Positions 27,901 to 42,213 are shown, counted from the stretch's first letter. The stretch: 64,000 bases of DNA from Eledone cirrhosa (GCA_964016885.1 OZ024741.1:312790001-312854000); one strand, 5' to 3'. Numbers and translations are program-made. The notes: generated by a model not told the origin, from the sequence alone.

Positions 27901-28302
27901 TGCTGTCATCGACCAACATTTACTTGTTCGTGATTGGTCAATGTCTAAGTTCAATTAGTGTATTATCAGTAGTAGTCAAATTCTCGGCATTCAGAAAACT
28001 ATGTCTTTCCAAGAATTGATGTGAAATTGAAAGTATTCAATTTCCACAAATCTCAGAACAGTGTTTTTCTGTTAATTCAAGTGAGAAACTGAAAGTAGTG
28101 TTTTCCACGAATTGGAGTGGAGAACCTGTGTACACTACAATAGTACTTGTTCATTTATACATTGCACCTTTGGCATTTTCTTTGCACCTTTTTCAGAAAA
28201 CCCAAAATATTAATGGTAATGTAAATATTTATTTTTTAAAGGAACCCGGAGATTGTTTTACGGAACCCCAAGGTTCCGCGGAACCCATGCTGGCGACCAC
28301 TG
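24934..28302 (-). mobile_element. hAT DNA transposon, Buster/Charlie type, complete ends
   Basis: TIRs CAGTGGTCGCCAAC / GCTGGCGACCACTG. Perfect 8-bp TSD GCTTAGAT (24926-24933 and 28303-28310) with central TA. Confidence 0.95.
25054..26956 (-). pseudogene. Buster-like (ZBED8/SCAND3-type) transposase, disrupted
   Basis: ORF 26070-26492 (FGLQVDETT..ITTDGAAAMTG..HCMIHRE) and ORF 25054-25380 (FPSSYLCEKGFS..KKRNKL) are separated by stops and frameshifts. Confidence 0.9.
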
Positions 28303-29210
28303 GCTTAGATGACGCAGGTTGATATAATTGACTTTTATCTTCGATCTTCATGACGACACAGTGAGAATAGACTACTAATTTACTATAAATATGAATCCCA
28401 TATCACAAATATTGTGAAATCCTTGGTACAGTTAGGTATATCCGAAAAAATGTATAGAATGATTTCACTTATAATATATTATTATAAAATTAAATTAAAT
28501 TGTTTAGAACTACAAGTGAAGTCATTATTTTCCTTTTTTCTAATATATATATAAATGAAAGTAAACTAAACAATGTTTCACTTTTTTTATTGTGTTTTGT
28601 TTTGATATGCGCTCTAATTCCTGCTATTAATTTTATCTCTCACTCTTTTAATTTGTGAAATAGACTGGTTTACGCACGTGGCTGGCGCAATCCAGCTCGC
28701 TACTATACATCGCTGTATAATATATACTGGAATTTAATGTCCGTTAAATGTTCTTGGCACTACCATTGTAACTATCGCTTTCCTCTAGCCATGGGACTTG
28801 GAGACATGGGCCGAATGCTACCATTCTATTAGCACCATAATGCCAACTCAGTCAACGTGTACATCACAGTGTGTCTGCATACACGTATATACCGTTATGT
28901 GAGATGCTGCATGCATTCACTGACGTATTCTCCATACGTACTTTTTTTTGTACTTTTCACGTATTTCACCCCGTAACATTTCGTCGCGCACTAAATGATG
29001 TACAGCACCATGTGCATGCTTGCATGCACTTTCCAAATATTTTTTATACAGTTTATTTTCATATATGTGAGTACGTGTGTGTGTATGTATGTCTGGGTGT
29101 GAGTGCATATGTGTGTGTGTGTATGGGTATATATGTATATGTGTGTGTGTATGTGTATGTATAAGTACACGCACGTATATATGTGTGTGTGTGCATGTTC
29201 ATGCACGCGC

Positions 29211-29243
<33 letters not shown>

Positions 29244-29256
29244 CACATGTATATAT

Positions 29257-29313
<57 letters not shown>

Positions 29314-30335
29314 CGTATATATGTGTGTGTGTGTATAAGAGTAGGCTTAAATAAATGCATATGTAAGCACGTGTGTGTATGGGTCAGCATATACTCATAT
29401 GTATATGTATGTACACATGTGTATACAAAATATGTGTGTGTATATATATATATATATATATGCGTGTGTGTGTGTGAGTGTGTGTGTGTGTGTGTGTAAG
29501 TCCACACAGATAAGCGTTCGATTAATGGCTCGGAATGCCTGTATATAGGTGTGTGGGTGTATATGTATGGGGAGGCAGGCAAGCAGGGGATTGGCATGGG
29601 AAGTCATAAAAACTCTACTAGACACAGGATTAGTTTTGCCGATGTGATTGGGGTGAGTGACAACTCACGCCTGAATGGACATGGCCAGTGGGCAGATTTC
29701 AGAGGTCAAGCACGATGGTGACGTCACGAACTCTCAAACAATCTAAGTGCAGTGCAAACAGGATGATGGCAGATGATAAAGATTCGAAGGGTCGGAACCC
29801 AGCAGAATGCGAATTTGCTTCGAAATCACTAGACGTATCTGAGGAACTTGCGAATCCAGAGTCAGGTTGGATCACAAAACAGATCGCACCTCGCGCTGTT
29901 CGACGGAGAAACAATTGTAATACGTAATAAATTGTGTTCCGATGCATCACTGATTCTTCGTTTTCCATAATATATATATATATAATTATCAGTTTGAAGA
30001 TGAGACAGATAACATTTACCTAATATTTCTTCTAGTGCGGAGAAATTAACTAATTAAATAATCAATTAAACCGAGTTAAGATTAAAATGTAATTTTGAAG
30101 AAATATTAGATAAATGTTTATCAATATTCCTCTAGCCTCCGACAGTCGACAGTTTCGTTTGTGCTTTGTGGAAATGTGTAACCCCTGCATTATCCATGAG
30201 GCCTCAAGCTTAGCAAGGGACTCCCTCAGTTAGGATCGACTTTTTTCCCAAAGTGACCGCTGACAAGAACGAATTCGAAAGGGGGTGAAAATGATCACGT
30301 GGTTAGCGGTCAAGATAGAAGTGTTGTGAAAGGTA

Positions 30336-30374
<39 letters not shown>

Positions 30375-30377
<3 letters not shown>

Positions 30378-31885
30378 TACCTTTCACAACACTTCTATCT
30401 ACCTCCACCCCACACCCGACCACCTTTCCCCCACTAACATACTAACATCCCTCCCTTCATCTCCCCCCTCCCCTTATCACACGCACACACCCACCGGTAC
30501 ATATATACACGCGCTCACACAAAACATACACCCTACTACCACCACTAACCCTCACCCCCACACAGCCACCCCTCACCCCGCAACTAACATCACTAACACC
30601 CTCCGACCCCACGCACACGAACACACACACCCACTTACACCACCCACGCTACACGCAACTAACATCACTAACACCCCTCAACCCTACGCACACGAACACA
30701 CACACACACTTACACCACCCACTCTACACACCCTACAACCACTAACCTCCACTCATACCAGCCTTCAACCCTTTCCCCACCACCAGTATACTAACACACA
30801 CTAACACCCTTTTCACCACACACACACTCAACCAAACACGCACACACACACCAGTACGCTACACTCCCTCCACCGGCCCCCACACCCTTCTCTCCCCACT
30901 CACCCACACCCTTTCTCACACACACACACATCCCACTAACGCCTCTACTAATACACACATACCCTCCTCACTCCAACTTTTACACCTACCCATCCGCTCC
31001 CCTGTCCACCGCACCTCCGCACACACTGACACACCGACTTTCTTCACTTAACATTCTCCCCGACTGCGGCTATCCCCTTATCTCTGACCACCTCCCCGCA
31101 CACACAGACACACAACCCTCCTCCTGCCTTGACCCTCTGATCACTTCCTGTTGCGCGCGCACCCCACATCTCCCCTCTTCCGACCAACACAACCACGGAT
31201 TACACATATTGGACATCGATCCCTAGAATCAACCACATCCCAAGGATATTACCCAGCATTCCACCACATCCGCTACGGAACTACCTTAGGGACTCACCCA
31301 CTGACATACACTCAAACAATTTTTTTCCCCACACGCCACCAACATCCACAACGCGCATAAACACCACACACACGTGCGTACCACCACATATTTACACATT
31401 CAGCCACGGGAATCCTCTCCCCCCACCCCTCTGACCTACACCCCACCCCACACTCACCTCTTCCTGAACATGCAACCCCGTTCTTTCCCAACTCTTACTT
31501 TCACACACACACACACACACACACACCCACGTAAACCTACACACACACACCACCTTCAGCCCTCCCCGCTAGGACACCCCGCCTCCCTCTCCCCACTCCA
31601 CCAGCCACCACCCCTACACGACCTACACCCTTCCACCACCTGTTTTACTTGAAGTTTATTTTTATTTTTATTATGCTTTTATATTTAATTTCATTTGTAC
31701 CGTTTCCTCTCACTCCTTTTTTCTATATGTCTCTCCACCACTCCACTACACACCCTTGAAACTCTCTTCCCACACACTTTTCACCTGAAGAAGGGCTTAT
31801 GCCCGAAACGTCATTCCCCACCACCACTCTCAAGAGCGTGAAACTAATAAACCTTTGTTCGTACTGCCTCTCTGTTTTGTTCCCG
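30375..31885 (+). mobile_element. C/A-rich low-complexity repeat ending in an HHR-like motif (probable non-autonomous PLE-type element)
   Basis: Bounded by (TA)n. The 3' end 31825-31885 recurs inverted at 41275-41335. Confidence 0.45.
31778..31815 (+). ncRNA. Minimal hammerhead-like core
   Basis: CTGAAGA-A-GGGC TTAT GCCC-GAAAC-GTC. Stem I is poorly paired locally. Confidence 0.45.
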
Positions 31886-32068
31886 TTCAATTTGTTACTG
31901 TATATATATATAGGAACATGTTTAACCTGGAGTCCAGAAATAGTCGCCGAAACGGTTTGAGCTCTGACGTCGGGGTTAAACATTTTCGTATTACGCACTC
32001 TACTACTCTAAGTATTGAGAACTGTCGTGCGTTATGGTCCCTCTGGTTCCTTACCACACCTCCATCGT

Positions 32069-32101
<33 letters not shown>

Positions 32102-32130
32102 TATACATATGTATATATACACATACACAC

Positions 32131-32175
<45 letters not shown>

Positions 32176-32178
<3 letters not shown>

Positions 32179-32297
32179 GGAAAAAATGAAATTTCAATTC
32201 TCACTCTTAGTACGGCTAATACTTAAATGTAAGTATGTATACGTACATACATATATGTATACAGACGTACAGTAGTATGTATATACGTACATACATG

Positions 32298-32385
<88 letters not shown>

Positions 32386-32915
32386 TACGTGTGGGTATAC
32401 CGAACATTCATTATAATGTTCAGTTTGTTTGTAAACAAACAGACAAAATTATGATAATAAATGTTCAGTAAACCCATACGTACATATATATATATATGTG
32501 TGTGCATGTATGTATATACATACTATTGCACGTACGTCTGTATACATATATGTATGTACGTATACATACTTACATTTAAGTATCAGCCGTACTAAGAGTG
32601 AGAAATGAAATTTCATTTTTTTCTATTTATCGTTTTCAGTACGCCCGGCCGACTAACTCACTCGATATGCAAATTAGGCTGCTCAGCCTTTTAATATGCA
32701 TAAGTAAAGTATATACTTTCAAAAGTTCAATAGACTGACAGGAAGGTATACGGTACTGATGACAGCTTATAAGCTAGAAACTAGTTCATCGTTCCTTTGT
32801 CAGTGTTGAATAAAAGGGCAACGATGGTTGCCGAAAACTGGGCGGTTTAAATCGGTTTGTTTGTTTACAAACAAACCGAACATTATGATAAATGTTCGGT
32901 AAACCCATACGTACA
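32176..32915. mobile_element. Family A HHR repeat: inverted partial copy plus direct unit
   Basis: 32176-32490 is the reverse complement of the unit. 32490-32910 is the sense unit. Confidence 0.8.
32750..32792 (+). ncRNA. Minimal type-I hammerhead ribozyme (family A, diverged)
   Basis: ACGGTA-CTGATGA-CAGCT TATA AGCTA-GAAAC TA GTT-CATCGT. Confidence 0.65.
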
Positions 32916-33031
32916 TATATATATAATGTAGAGTGGGTAATAGGAAAAGAGTCAGAACCCCGACGGCAGAGCTCAAGCTGTTTCGACTCTGCCATCGGGA
33001 TTCTGAATCTTTTCCTATATATATAGATATA

Positions 33032-34647
33032 TATTGTTATACTTTTTTGGGGGGTGGGGTTGTCATGTTGCCAATAAGAAACACATTCACCAGTTGCTTT
33101 CACTCCACTTTATTATAAATTATGAATTAAACATTTTTTTTTATAAATTTCCGGTTGGTTCGTTGGTTCCTAAACTGGACGGTTGTTCATATATTGTAAA
33201 ATTTCTTTCGTCACACATTCTGTGACCTCTTCAATGACTGGGGATTTTTTCTTTGTTTTTGTGCCTCTCCTTTGTTCTGTCTTACCCCATGTTGTTTTTG
33301 TGTGTGTTGTGTGTTTAGTTTGCGCATGTGTTACATCCGTGTGTCTGTGTATGTTTTTATTTGTTTATTTATTAGTTTATTTACATGTTACTAGTTGGTT
33401 GTTTGTTCTATGTGTGTGTGTTTTCATTTTGCCCATAATTGTAAGTTGTGATGTTGCTATTCCATTCATATTTACTATTTAATTTTGGTTGGAGTTCATT
33501 TATGTTTATTGCCTCTGTGATTTGTCTAAACATTGCGTCTTTTCTGTGTGTAGATTTTATTTTTATTTCTATGTTCTCTAATTTGCCCTTATATTCTATT
33601 TTACCATGTTGGTGGAGTACTGATGATTATTTTCTATCTTGAAGCTCTCCTTCATTTAATCATTCTCCTATACTACGAGCTGTCTCACCTATGTACACTA
33701 TATTGTTATCTTTACTTTGTCCTTCAGTACATCTTATGCTATATACTATGTTTCTAGTTTTGCAATTGATGTGGGGGGGTTAGTTTACAGATTATGCATT
33801 TCTTATCTATACAGGGAGATCTTTGAAAAGGGTATGTATTACTAATAAGTGTTTTTATGGAGGTACCTGGTCTTTCTACTATCTTAATATTTAGTTTAAG
33901 TTTATCTTGGGCCCTTCTAAATTTGTAAGCTATTTCACCTCTAGGGGTTGTATTGACGAACATTACACTCTGGTATTTATTGCTATCATACCATGAGTTT
34001 TTATTCTATTAACATTATTCCTAGTTCTTTCTATTCTATTCCAAAATTTGCTCCTACACAAGGGGCAGGTCCCATTTGTATCATTATTTACCATTTTTTC
34101 CAATATACTCTGATTTTATCTCTCTGATTGTAACCAGAGAACTGCATACGGTGGATGAAGTGTTGTATGTGTCTCTCTAGTTCTTTGGTGTTGCACGTGC
34201 GGGACACGTTTCTCATTACCCGTACGAAATCCACAATCAGTATGTTGATTTTGGTGTGTTCCGAAATAAACAAATAAAAACACACACAGACACCCGGATG
34301 TAACAGATGCGCAAACTAAACACTCAACACACACACAAATAAGATGGCGTAAGACAAAACGAAGGAGAAGCACAAAACAAAGAAAAAATGCCCAGTCACT
34401 GAAGAGGTCACATAATGTGTGACGAAAGAACTTTGACAATATATGAACAACTGTCCGGTTGTGGAACCAACCAACCAACCAGAAATTTATAAATTTGTTT
34501 TTTTAATTAATAATTTATAATAAATTGGAGTGAAAGCAGCTGGCGCATGTGTTTCTTATTGGCAACATCACCCTCCCAAAGCATAACAATATCGGTTTCA
34601 ACACATGTTTTCAGATAAAGAATCTTGCTAAACAAATTCAGAAACAC
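33032..34647 (-). mobile_element. 5'-truncated Penelope-like element with 3' pLTR and inverted 5' pLTR
   Basis: Minus-strand ORF pieces 34088-34285 (RT thumb, RMQFSGY) and 33754-33963 (KIVERPGTSIK..C..C..C), plus VYIGETARSIGE near 33670-33700. 33032-33365 is inverted at 34263-34592. Confidence 0.9.
34395..34437 (+). ncRNA. Minimal type-I hammerhead ribozyme in PLE pLTR
   Basis: GTCA-CTGAAGA-G-GTCAC ATAATGT GTGAC-GAAAG AA CTT-TGAC. A degenerate inverted copy lies at ~33195-33240. Confidence 0.7.
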
Positions 34648-34648
34648 A

Positions 34649-34888
34649 CAGAGCGGACTGAGGTTAGCTGGACATGCTCACCGACAACCAGAGTTGACAT
34701 TGCACTCAGTGCTCCTGTGGGAGCCCCTACATGGACACGCTGGAAGAGGAAGATCAAGGTTAACGCATGTTGATGCCCTAAGGACAGACACTGGTCTGTT
34801 GGAGACGCAGGACATTGCAGCGATAATGAGGGACAGAGACCGCTGGAGGGAACTCGTCCATGGATCTCGGGAATTTTACTCGCCTTAG
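34649..34888 (+). mobile_element. RTE-clade LINE 3' end
   Basis: LRLAGHAHRQPEL..LLWEPLHG..RGRSRLT..DRDRWR; nearly identical to 56085-56330. Confidence 0.85.
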
Positions 34889-34909
34889 AAATATATATAT
34901 ATTTATATA

Positions 34910-34996
<87 letters not shown>

Positions 34997-35174
34997 TACG
35001 GCAATTGTTGGAAGGATTGGTTAGTGATGTGGCACAGATCACTCAGCCGGAATTTGAGAGTTACAGTATTCGATTCTCTGTAGTTGATGATGGCCACTTG
35101 TCTTGAGTCTTTTACCTGATTTTCCAATACATTATTTCTAGCTCTAAACGCTGAAATTCCACAGAGAAAACACT

Positions 35175-35721
35175 CAAGGCTGAAAGACTCTACCATAATT
35201 GTAGAAACATATAGAAGCCTGCATCAACTAATAACATGAGTTTAACAAATGCTTAGTTCCAGAAGCAAATCACCACTAAGAAGACCAAATTCAACGTGCT
35301 AGACAACAATACCACCCAAGAGGCAACAATCAAGTGAACCACCGACAACGAAAACCTGGACGTCAACATCACAATCGGATAGTCGATCACATTTTTCTAG
35401 AGATGCACTCTTTCTGATCAGCCTCAACTATTAGTAGACACGTCAAACTGCGTCTGAGGCTGACCAGAACGAGCGCATTCTCTGGAGTAGTGTGACAAAC
35501 TATCCAATTAATTTGTTGACGTCCATATTTTCGTTGCTATTCTTGGTTCACTTGACTGTAGCCTCATAGGCGCTGTTGTTCTCCAGTATCTTTACCTTAG
35601 TCTTCTTGGTGCTAATTCGCTCTTGGATCTAATAATTTTGTTGCAATCATGTTAGCTTCTGTAGACCTCTATATGTTTCTACTATTATGGCGATATTGTG
35701 AGCAAAGTCCTTCAGCCTTGT
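35175..35721. repeat. Old imperfect inverted repeat, probably from a decayed LINE RT fragment
   Basis: 35175-35427 pairs with 35454-35721 (e.g. GTAGAAACATATAGA / TCTATATGTTTCTAC; GGACGTCAACA / TGTTGACGTCC). Confidence 0.65.
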
Positions 35722-35991
35722 CTGACCCCTCCATGGAATTCCTAGGCTGGGTTCACCGTCAGTTCTTAGCAGAGATGTCTTGCACTCCCCCAGGATGCAA
35801 ACAATCTGTTGGAAGGTAACATCATTTATAATGATTGAGAGAGCAGCTGTGGATTGATTACGTTAGAAGAAGCTTGTGATTCAATGCACTATACAGCATA
35901 GGAGGATTTTAGTCTAAGTAAGAGACAATGCATGTTTTTATTTTATTTTATTTTCACTGTTCGACACACGCACACACACACACACACACAC

Positions 35992-36082
<91 letters not shown>

Positions 36083-36835
36083 TAAGTGGATAACAGAACA
36101 GGGATGTGCGGATTACACCATGGTCTATCGGTTGTGAAGCAGATAAAAAGAAGCGCTCAACGACCCGTATAAATGGTGCAAAACCGAGCATATTAATAAA
36201 TAAACCTGAATCAACTGAATATGGCCTATATATAAGCATTAAGAGTAAACTAAGTTTTGGGCCTACTAATCTTTTCTATAATTTTCCAACAAATATGTGT
36301 TACGAAGACTAGATGTTGTATAGTAGGACAAGGAGTCTAACTGACATACAAACTTGCATTTTGTATTTCCTTATCACTTATCACTGGTGGCGATTCTGGA
36401 GAGTGGTTAATTCGTCGGCTAGAATGTTTTGTACGGTTCTCCACACTTTCAGTTCAAATCATGCTGAGGTAGAATTTACCTTTCATCCTTTTAACAAATG
36501 CTCGAAATGTTTCCAAGAGAAGTGTCTCCGCTAAAAGCAGTTAAGTGTCAGATGGGGGTGTTAAATAAACTATTAAGACTCACTCTACCAGAATAGGCCA
36601 CAGCAGGATTTAAATAAAAAATGTGAAATGCCGAAAGAAATATTCACTAAGATTTCCGTCCTCTGCAACAGGCAACCGCAAGTAGACTATCCTAGACTGG
36701 TACTTTAATTTGCTGACCTCGAAACGATGAAATATAAAGTAGATATTGGCAGAAATTTCGCACAGTAAACAACATATACCAGAAGAAATTTTGTCCTGTC
36801 TAAAAACACTTCCAACTCACATCCTTCATAAGGCT

Positions 36836-38390
36836 AATATGTAGATAGTAATATTTTCCATGAGTCAGGGCGGGAGAGGTAGTTGGTGTAAGGGTCCACT
36901 GGCAACCTCAGCCTCAGTGTCGCAACCAGCAATCGATAATCAGTATTGCCGAGTAGAAGACCCGTTGAAGGTGTGACGTCTGTAGGGCAATAGGCAACGA
37001 TGACAGTTATCTTCCTGTGTCGGTGGAGAAAATAGGCGGGCAGCAAACGATGACTCATCGGCTTCTAGCTGATGAGTGACTTACAGACGTGCTTCGAAAT
37101 GGCCAATTCAACAGCGCAGGAGCCTGCCCTATCCTCAAGTCCACTCGTGGTCTCCGCAATGAATTCTACGTTGCGAGGCCAGCGTGTCTCGCAGAGTCCC
37201 GCCAATGTGATGTTGTAGTGTGATAGCTCTCGAGACAGCAGAGTGGCTGCTCAAGGACGAAGGGGCGACAAGACATTCCTTGTGACAAAACAACTTTCAT
37301 GGCACAAATCAATTTCTTATCGGTGAGGGTCATGCAGATTTACTATTACGATGCTGGGCAATCTAGTTCCTTCTAGTCGGTTTCATAACATATTGGTGTT
37401 CTTCTGAGAGGGCTGCTGGCTCTCCGCATAATATACGGATAATGGGGCTTCTATCGTGACGGTGAGCCGACACGCCACGGGTCACTCTTGGTCTGGACCC
37501 TCCCCGGGAGTCTGGCCCACTTAGGATACCCTGCCAGGAGCAAAGCTCCAGACGCTAACACTCTATCGAATTTACGGAACACACAAGCACATTCTCCATG
37601 ATAGGGCTAGACCCAAGAGGAAACCACCAGCCTTGAATGCTGGGCGGAGCATTTCAGCCGTCTTCTACATCAACCACCCGTCCCAAACGATCGCTGCTTG
37701 ACCATCACCGCAGACACGGCTGCAGCCAACGACCCATGACGGCTCGATTCTGTCACTCCCGTTGAAGTCAAGCCCGCCCTGATGTCATTCAAAAACCACA
37801 AAGCCCCTGGAATTTGGTCTATCACCACAGAGATGTTGAAGCCGGGCGATGGTAATATGATCCAGTGGCTCACCCGTATCATCTACCATGTATATGTGTC
37901 AGAACGGCTCCAGATGACTATAAATGAGGCCTTAACCTCCCCTTTTAGAAACGGAACGGCACCAAACTCGTCTGCAGCAATCCCAGGGGCATCACACTGC
38001 TGAGCATCCCAAGGAAGGTCTTCACCAAGATCCTCCCCCAATCGAGCTCTTCTCGCCATTATAAGAAGACGTCCCCTACAACAAGCAAGATTCATGCCTA
38101 ATCGATCCACCGACAACTACATATCTACACTAGCCTTCAATGTTGAAAGATCTCAGGAGTTCCGTAGAGATCACTGTCGCTTCGTGGGCGTTCGTCGACC
38201 TCAACGCAATTTTCGACACGGTCGACCACGCATCCTCCAGAAAATTCTCCAGCTTCTCCGCGCCCCTCCCAAGATCAACACCCTGTTCCAACGGATTTAT
38301 AGCAGTGCTAAGAGTTGCGTGCGAGTGAACGAAATGGACAACTACTGGTTTCCCATCAACAGCGGGGTCAGACAAGGCTTAAGATGACCT
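36836..38390. mobile_element. RTE-clade LINE with inverted 5' part (5' UTR + EN on minus strand, RT on plus strand)
   Basis: Minus: LAGLCETRWP, VIVAYCPT, TDYRLLVATLRLRL. Plus from ~37620: KNHKAPG..TEMLK, GITLLS, AFVDLNAIFDTVDH, SGVRQG. Confidence 0.85.
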
Positions 38391-38454
38391 CGGTCTCGTC
38401 GAGCAATAGCAACAAAAAGAAGAGGAATATTTTCCAAACAAAAATTTCACCCAC

Positions 38455-38598
38455 CTTTACATTTTCTCTCTTCTTTATTCCAGATGTAACCACGGATACA
38501 ACCGAAAAAACATCGACCGGAAATATGATGACATGACGTATGTAAACATATGTTACATATATATTGGCACGAAAATCCGTAATTTCCGCGATTGCACG
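38455..38598 (-). CDS. EGF-like repeat exon of host gene
   Basis: ttttacag|CG TGC..AAA G|gtgggt. 144 bp, phase 1-1. CNRGNYGFSCQYICNICLHTSCHHISGRCFFGCIRGYIWNKEERKCK. Confidence 0.82.
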
Positions 38599-38905
38599 CT
38601 GTAAAATAAAACATATATCTATAGTACATATATGTTCATCTAGGACCTTATGGAAAAAATTTTAAAGATACAAATGTATGAAATCAGGGCCAGGATTAAG
38701 ATAACTTCTTTCAAAATTGAAGATTACAAAGAGGTTCTTGAGAGGAAGGCGCTGTCTGATATACACACGCTGTTTCAGAGCTACCAGGAACACTGACCGA
38801 TGTATTAACTGGCGCCTTTTGCAAGCACGAATATTCTTTCACACACTAGCACATACACGTACAGTTAATACACAAATACAAACACAGATGCAACAACACA
38901 CACCC

Positions 38906-39102
<197 letters not shown>

Positions 39103-41132
39103 TAAGTGACCTAATGAATGTTTTATGCGATTACCAGGTTATATCTGATGAACACAGATTTAGTCATTTACTTCTCTATTTGGACAATACACACAATTCT
39201 ATACTCAGCTGTTTAACCAATATGGTGAATAGATTACTCCATCTAAGAAGTCTGTTCTCCTATACAGGTAGAATTTATCTCTCAATCTACGTTATTGTGA
39301 AGTTGCGTGGCTTGGCGTGCTGTGTCATTCAGCAAGACACATTTTTCCGATTGATCTAGCCCAGTTAGCAGGTAAAAATGGTTTATAGCGGTAATTCAAA
39401 AGGATCAAACGTGTCAATGTGTGTTATTCCGAATCTCCCTGAGGACTACGTTTAGGTTACACGATTCAGTGAAATTATCAGTTACATGCACGGTAACTTC
39501 AAGAGAAGAATGTAACATTCCTTGACGCGTCACAGCCAACAACAACAACATACTCAATATTATAAATTGTATAAAATTCTCATCTCTGGATCGCTAACAC
39601 TATGACTTTCCTACAATATGTCTAAGAAATTTGTTCTGTTTTCTAGATAATGGAAGTCATAGTTTCATGCGTCTGTTTTCAACCCATTTGATGGTTAGAT
39701 TTGCTATGTAGTAATTTCAAACTCTCCTCTGAGAGTTCTAATGTGTATAAATACAGATATGATATCAGATAATAAACACCAAATTAAAAATTAAACATTC
39801 ATTCCAGTATTGTTAGCGACCTGCAAACGCTACGACTGATAAGTAATTATTGACATGTGTTAAAGCAATTTTACTGATAGTTTCCCGATAAATAATTCAT
39901 ATAAAAAACAGTAGAGTTAGCAATGCTGATAAAACGTTTACTTAAAAGGTCCACTTTTTGGGGGGTCGATAAAGAAACTATCAACCATGTGCTGCCCCAG
40001 CCTTGTTTCCTTCCACCGATCACAACCTGTATTTTCCACTAGATAAAGGGAGGAATGTCCGAGAGGTTGTCTGCGTCTGATAGTTACTGCATGTGAACTT
40101 AATTCCCCTATTTAATGCATTGTAAATACTATCAATTCATATTCGATTGATAGTGTCGTCTCTAGTAATAGTTAATAGTTTACATGTATAACAATTTCAT
40201 TATTTTCTCTTTCTTTAAACTACACTAATTTGAAGGAAACATTATCAAGTGACAAAAGAAATAAAATTGCGGCGACCTGAAAAGATTGCTTTGAAAGTAT
40301 GATGATTGATGTTGCTTTCGAATTCAGGAACATTGAAGCTGATATTGGCTTCTCTCCTAAATAACCATACGGTTACATATACAAAAAAACTTTGAGTTGG
40401 TACCAAATTCCACGTAGACGACAATTTGAAAAGTACGAATCCTATGAAGCGGTTATTGTATGGTATGAAAGTTATAAATATAAGCCACATGAAATACATA
40501 TCAGTTTTCAAATATATATCATGCAAATAAAACATTCGATAATGTACATTTTATAATCATCAGGATTGATTAGCAGCCACGTAGCTCCGGAGTCGATAAC
40601 ACCATGTGAAATATTTTACTATTGTCAGATTGCCTAATCCATTGAACATCGAATTTCATTAACATGAACAAGTACATTGAGCGGCGACGCTGGTCGAGGC
40701 ACCTCAAAGCAGTTTAGAATGGCCTTCTCTCATAGGGTTAAGCTCCAGGTTTAAGGCGGCTGTAGTTTGTAGAGTGTATATAAAGTAAGAGTGACAATAA
40801 CTTTATTTCATATTACAATTGTTACTATGTTGATCCAATTATTTGTATGGGACCACCCGTGTAAACCCTCATATCTGAAGAATTGACGATTAAGATACGG
40901 GACGCGATCGGCTGGTCAAATCCGAGCTGATCGATTACAAACAATTGTAATATGAAATAATTGTTTCTACGTTAGGCACAAGGCCAGCAAACACCCAGTG
41001 TATTACTGGTACTTTATTTTATCGACCCCGTAAGGATGAAAGGCAAAGATGAAATAAAGTTTCCCAAAAAGCTGCAATCATTATTCTCCACCCTAACCCA
41101 TTCTCTCTCTGTCTCTCTCTCTCCATCTCTCT

Positions 41133-41259
<127 letters not shown>

Positions 41260-41378
41260 AAAATAAAATGGAACGGGAACAAAACAGAGAGGCAGGACGA
41301 ACAAAGGTTTATTAGATTCACGCTCTTGAGAGTGGGTATTTATATATGTATATATATATATATACATACACATACACA

Positions 41379-41519
<141 letters not shown>

Positions 41520-41558
41520 ACGCACATATAGAAAATACGTAACAAGTTTATGATATAC

Positions 41559-41693
41559 CTTGTTGGCAATTGTCACCAATATAACCTTCTGAACATCCAT
41601 CTGAACATGTTCCATTATTAACGTCACAGTTAATGTTGCTGATACAATGACATGTCCCGTTGCACTCAACACCAAACTTTTCTTCTGGGCATA
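41559..41693 (-). CDS. EGF-like repeat exon of host gene
   Basis: tttttag|TA TGC..CAA G|gtatat. 135 bp, phase 1-1. CPEEKFGVECNGTCHCISNINCDVNNGTCSDGCSEGYIGDNCQQ. Confidence 0.9.
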
Positions 41694-41764
41694 CTAAAAA
41701 TATCAATATATATGATAATATTGAAGATATCATTAATTACATACATATATTTGCAATTCTTATT

Positions 41765-41886
<122 letters not shown>

Positions 41887-41917
41887 GTAAATGGAAACTA
41901 TATTTATAAAACCATAC

Positions 41918-41984
41918 TTATTTCATTATATATATTTCAGGGATATCATATTAACAATATGCTATGCCTTCCTCAGACAAAATA
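41918..41984 (-). ncRNA. Type-I hammerhead ribozyme
   Basis: Reverse complement of 42148-42213. Confidence 0.75.
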
Positions 41985-42147
41985 CAATATAAACAGTTTT
42001 ATAGATAAATAGATTCGACATACCGTAACAACATCGACTTGCATTTGAAGAGGTTGATTTGGCAGACTGCCAAATCAACCTCTTCAAATGCAAGTCGATG
42101 TTGTTACGGTATGTCGAATCTATTTATCTATAAAACTGTTTATATTG

Positions 42148-42213
42148 TATTTTGTCTGAGGAAGGCATAGCATATTGTTAATATGATATCCCTGAAATAT
42201 ATATAATGAAATA
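42148..42213 (+). ncRNA. Type-I hammerhead ribozyme
   Basis: TATTTTGT-CTGAGGA-AGGCATAGCATATT GTT AATATGATATCCCT-GAAA-TATATA-TA-ATGAAATA. Confidence 0.75.

Noticed and set aside
29688-29968. Overlapping 79/89-aa ORFs in a GC-richer patch
   Set aside because: No motif I can assign; probably an unidentified repeat fragment.
30130-30210. Minus-strand GAAAC-TGTCGACT-GTC-GGAGGC as a hammerhead
   Set aside because: The CUGAnGA half is not recognisable; too degenerate to call.
40245-40535. 96-aa minus-strand ORF as an additional host exon
   Set aside because: No recognisable domain or convincing splice sites.
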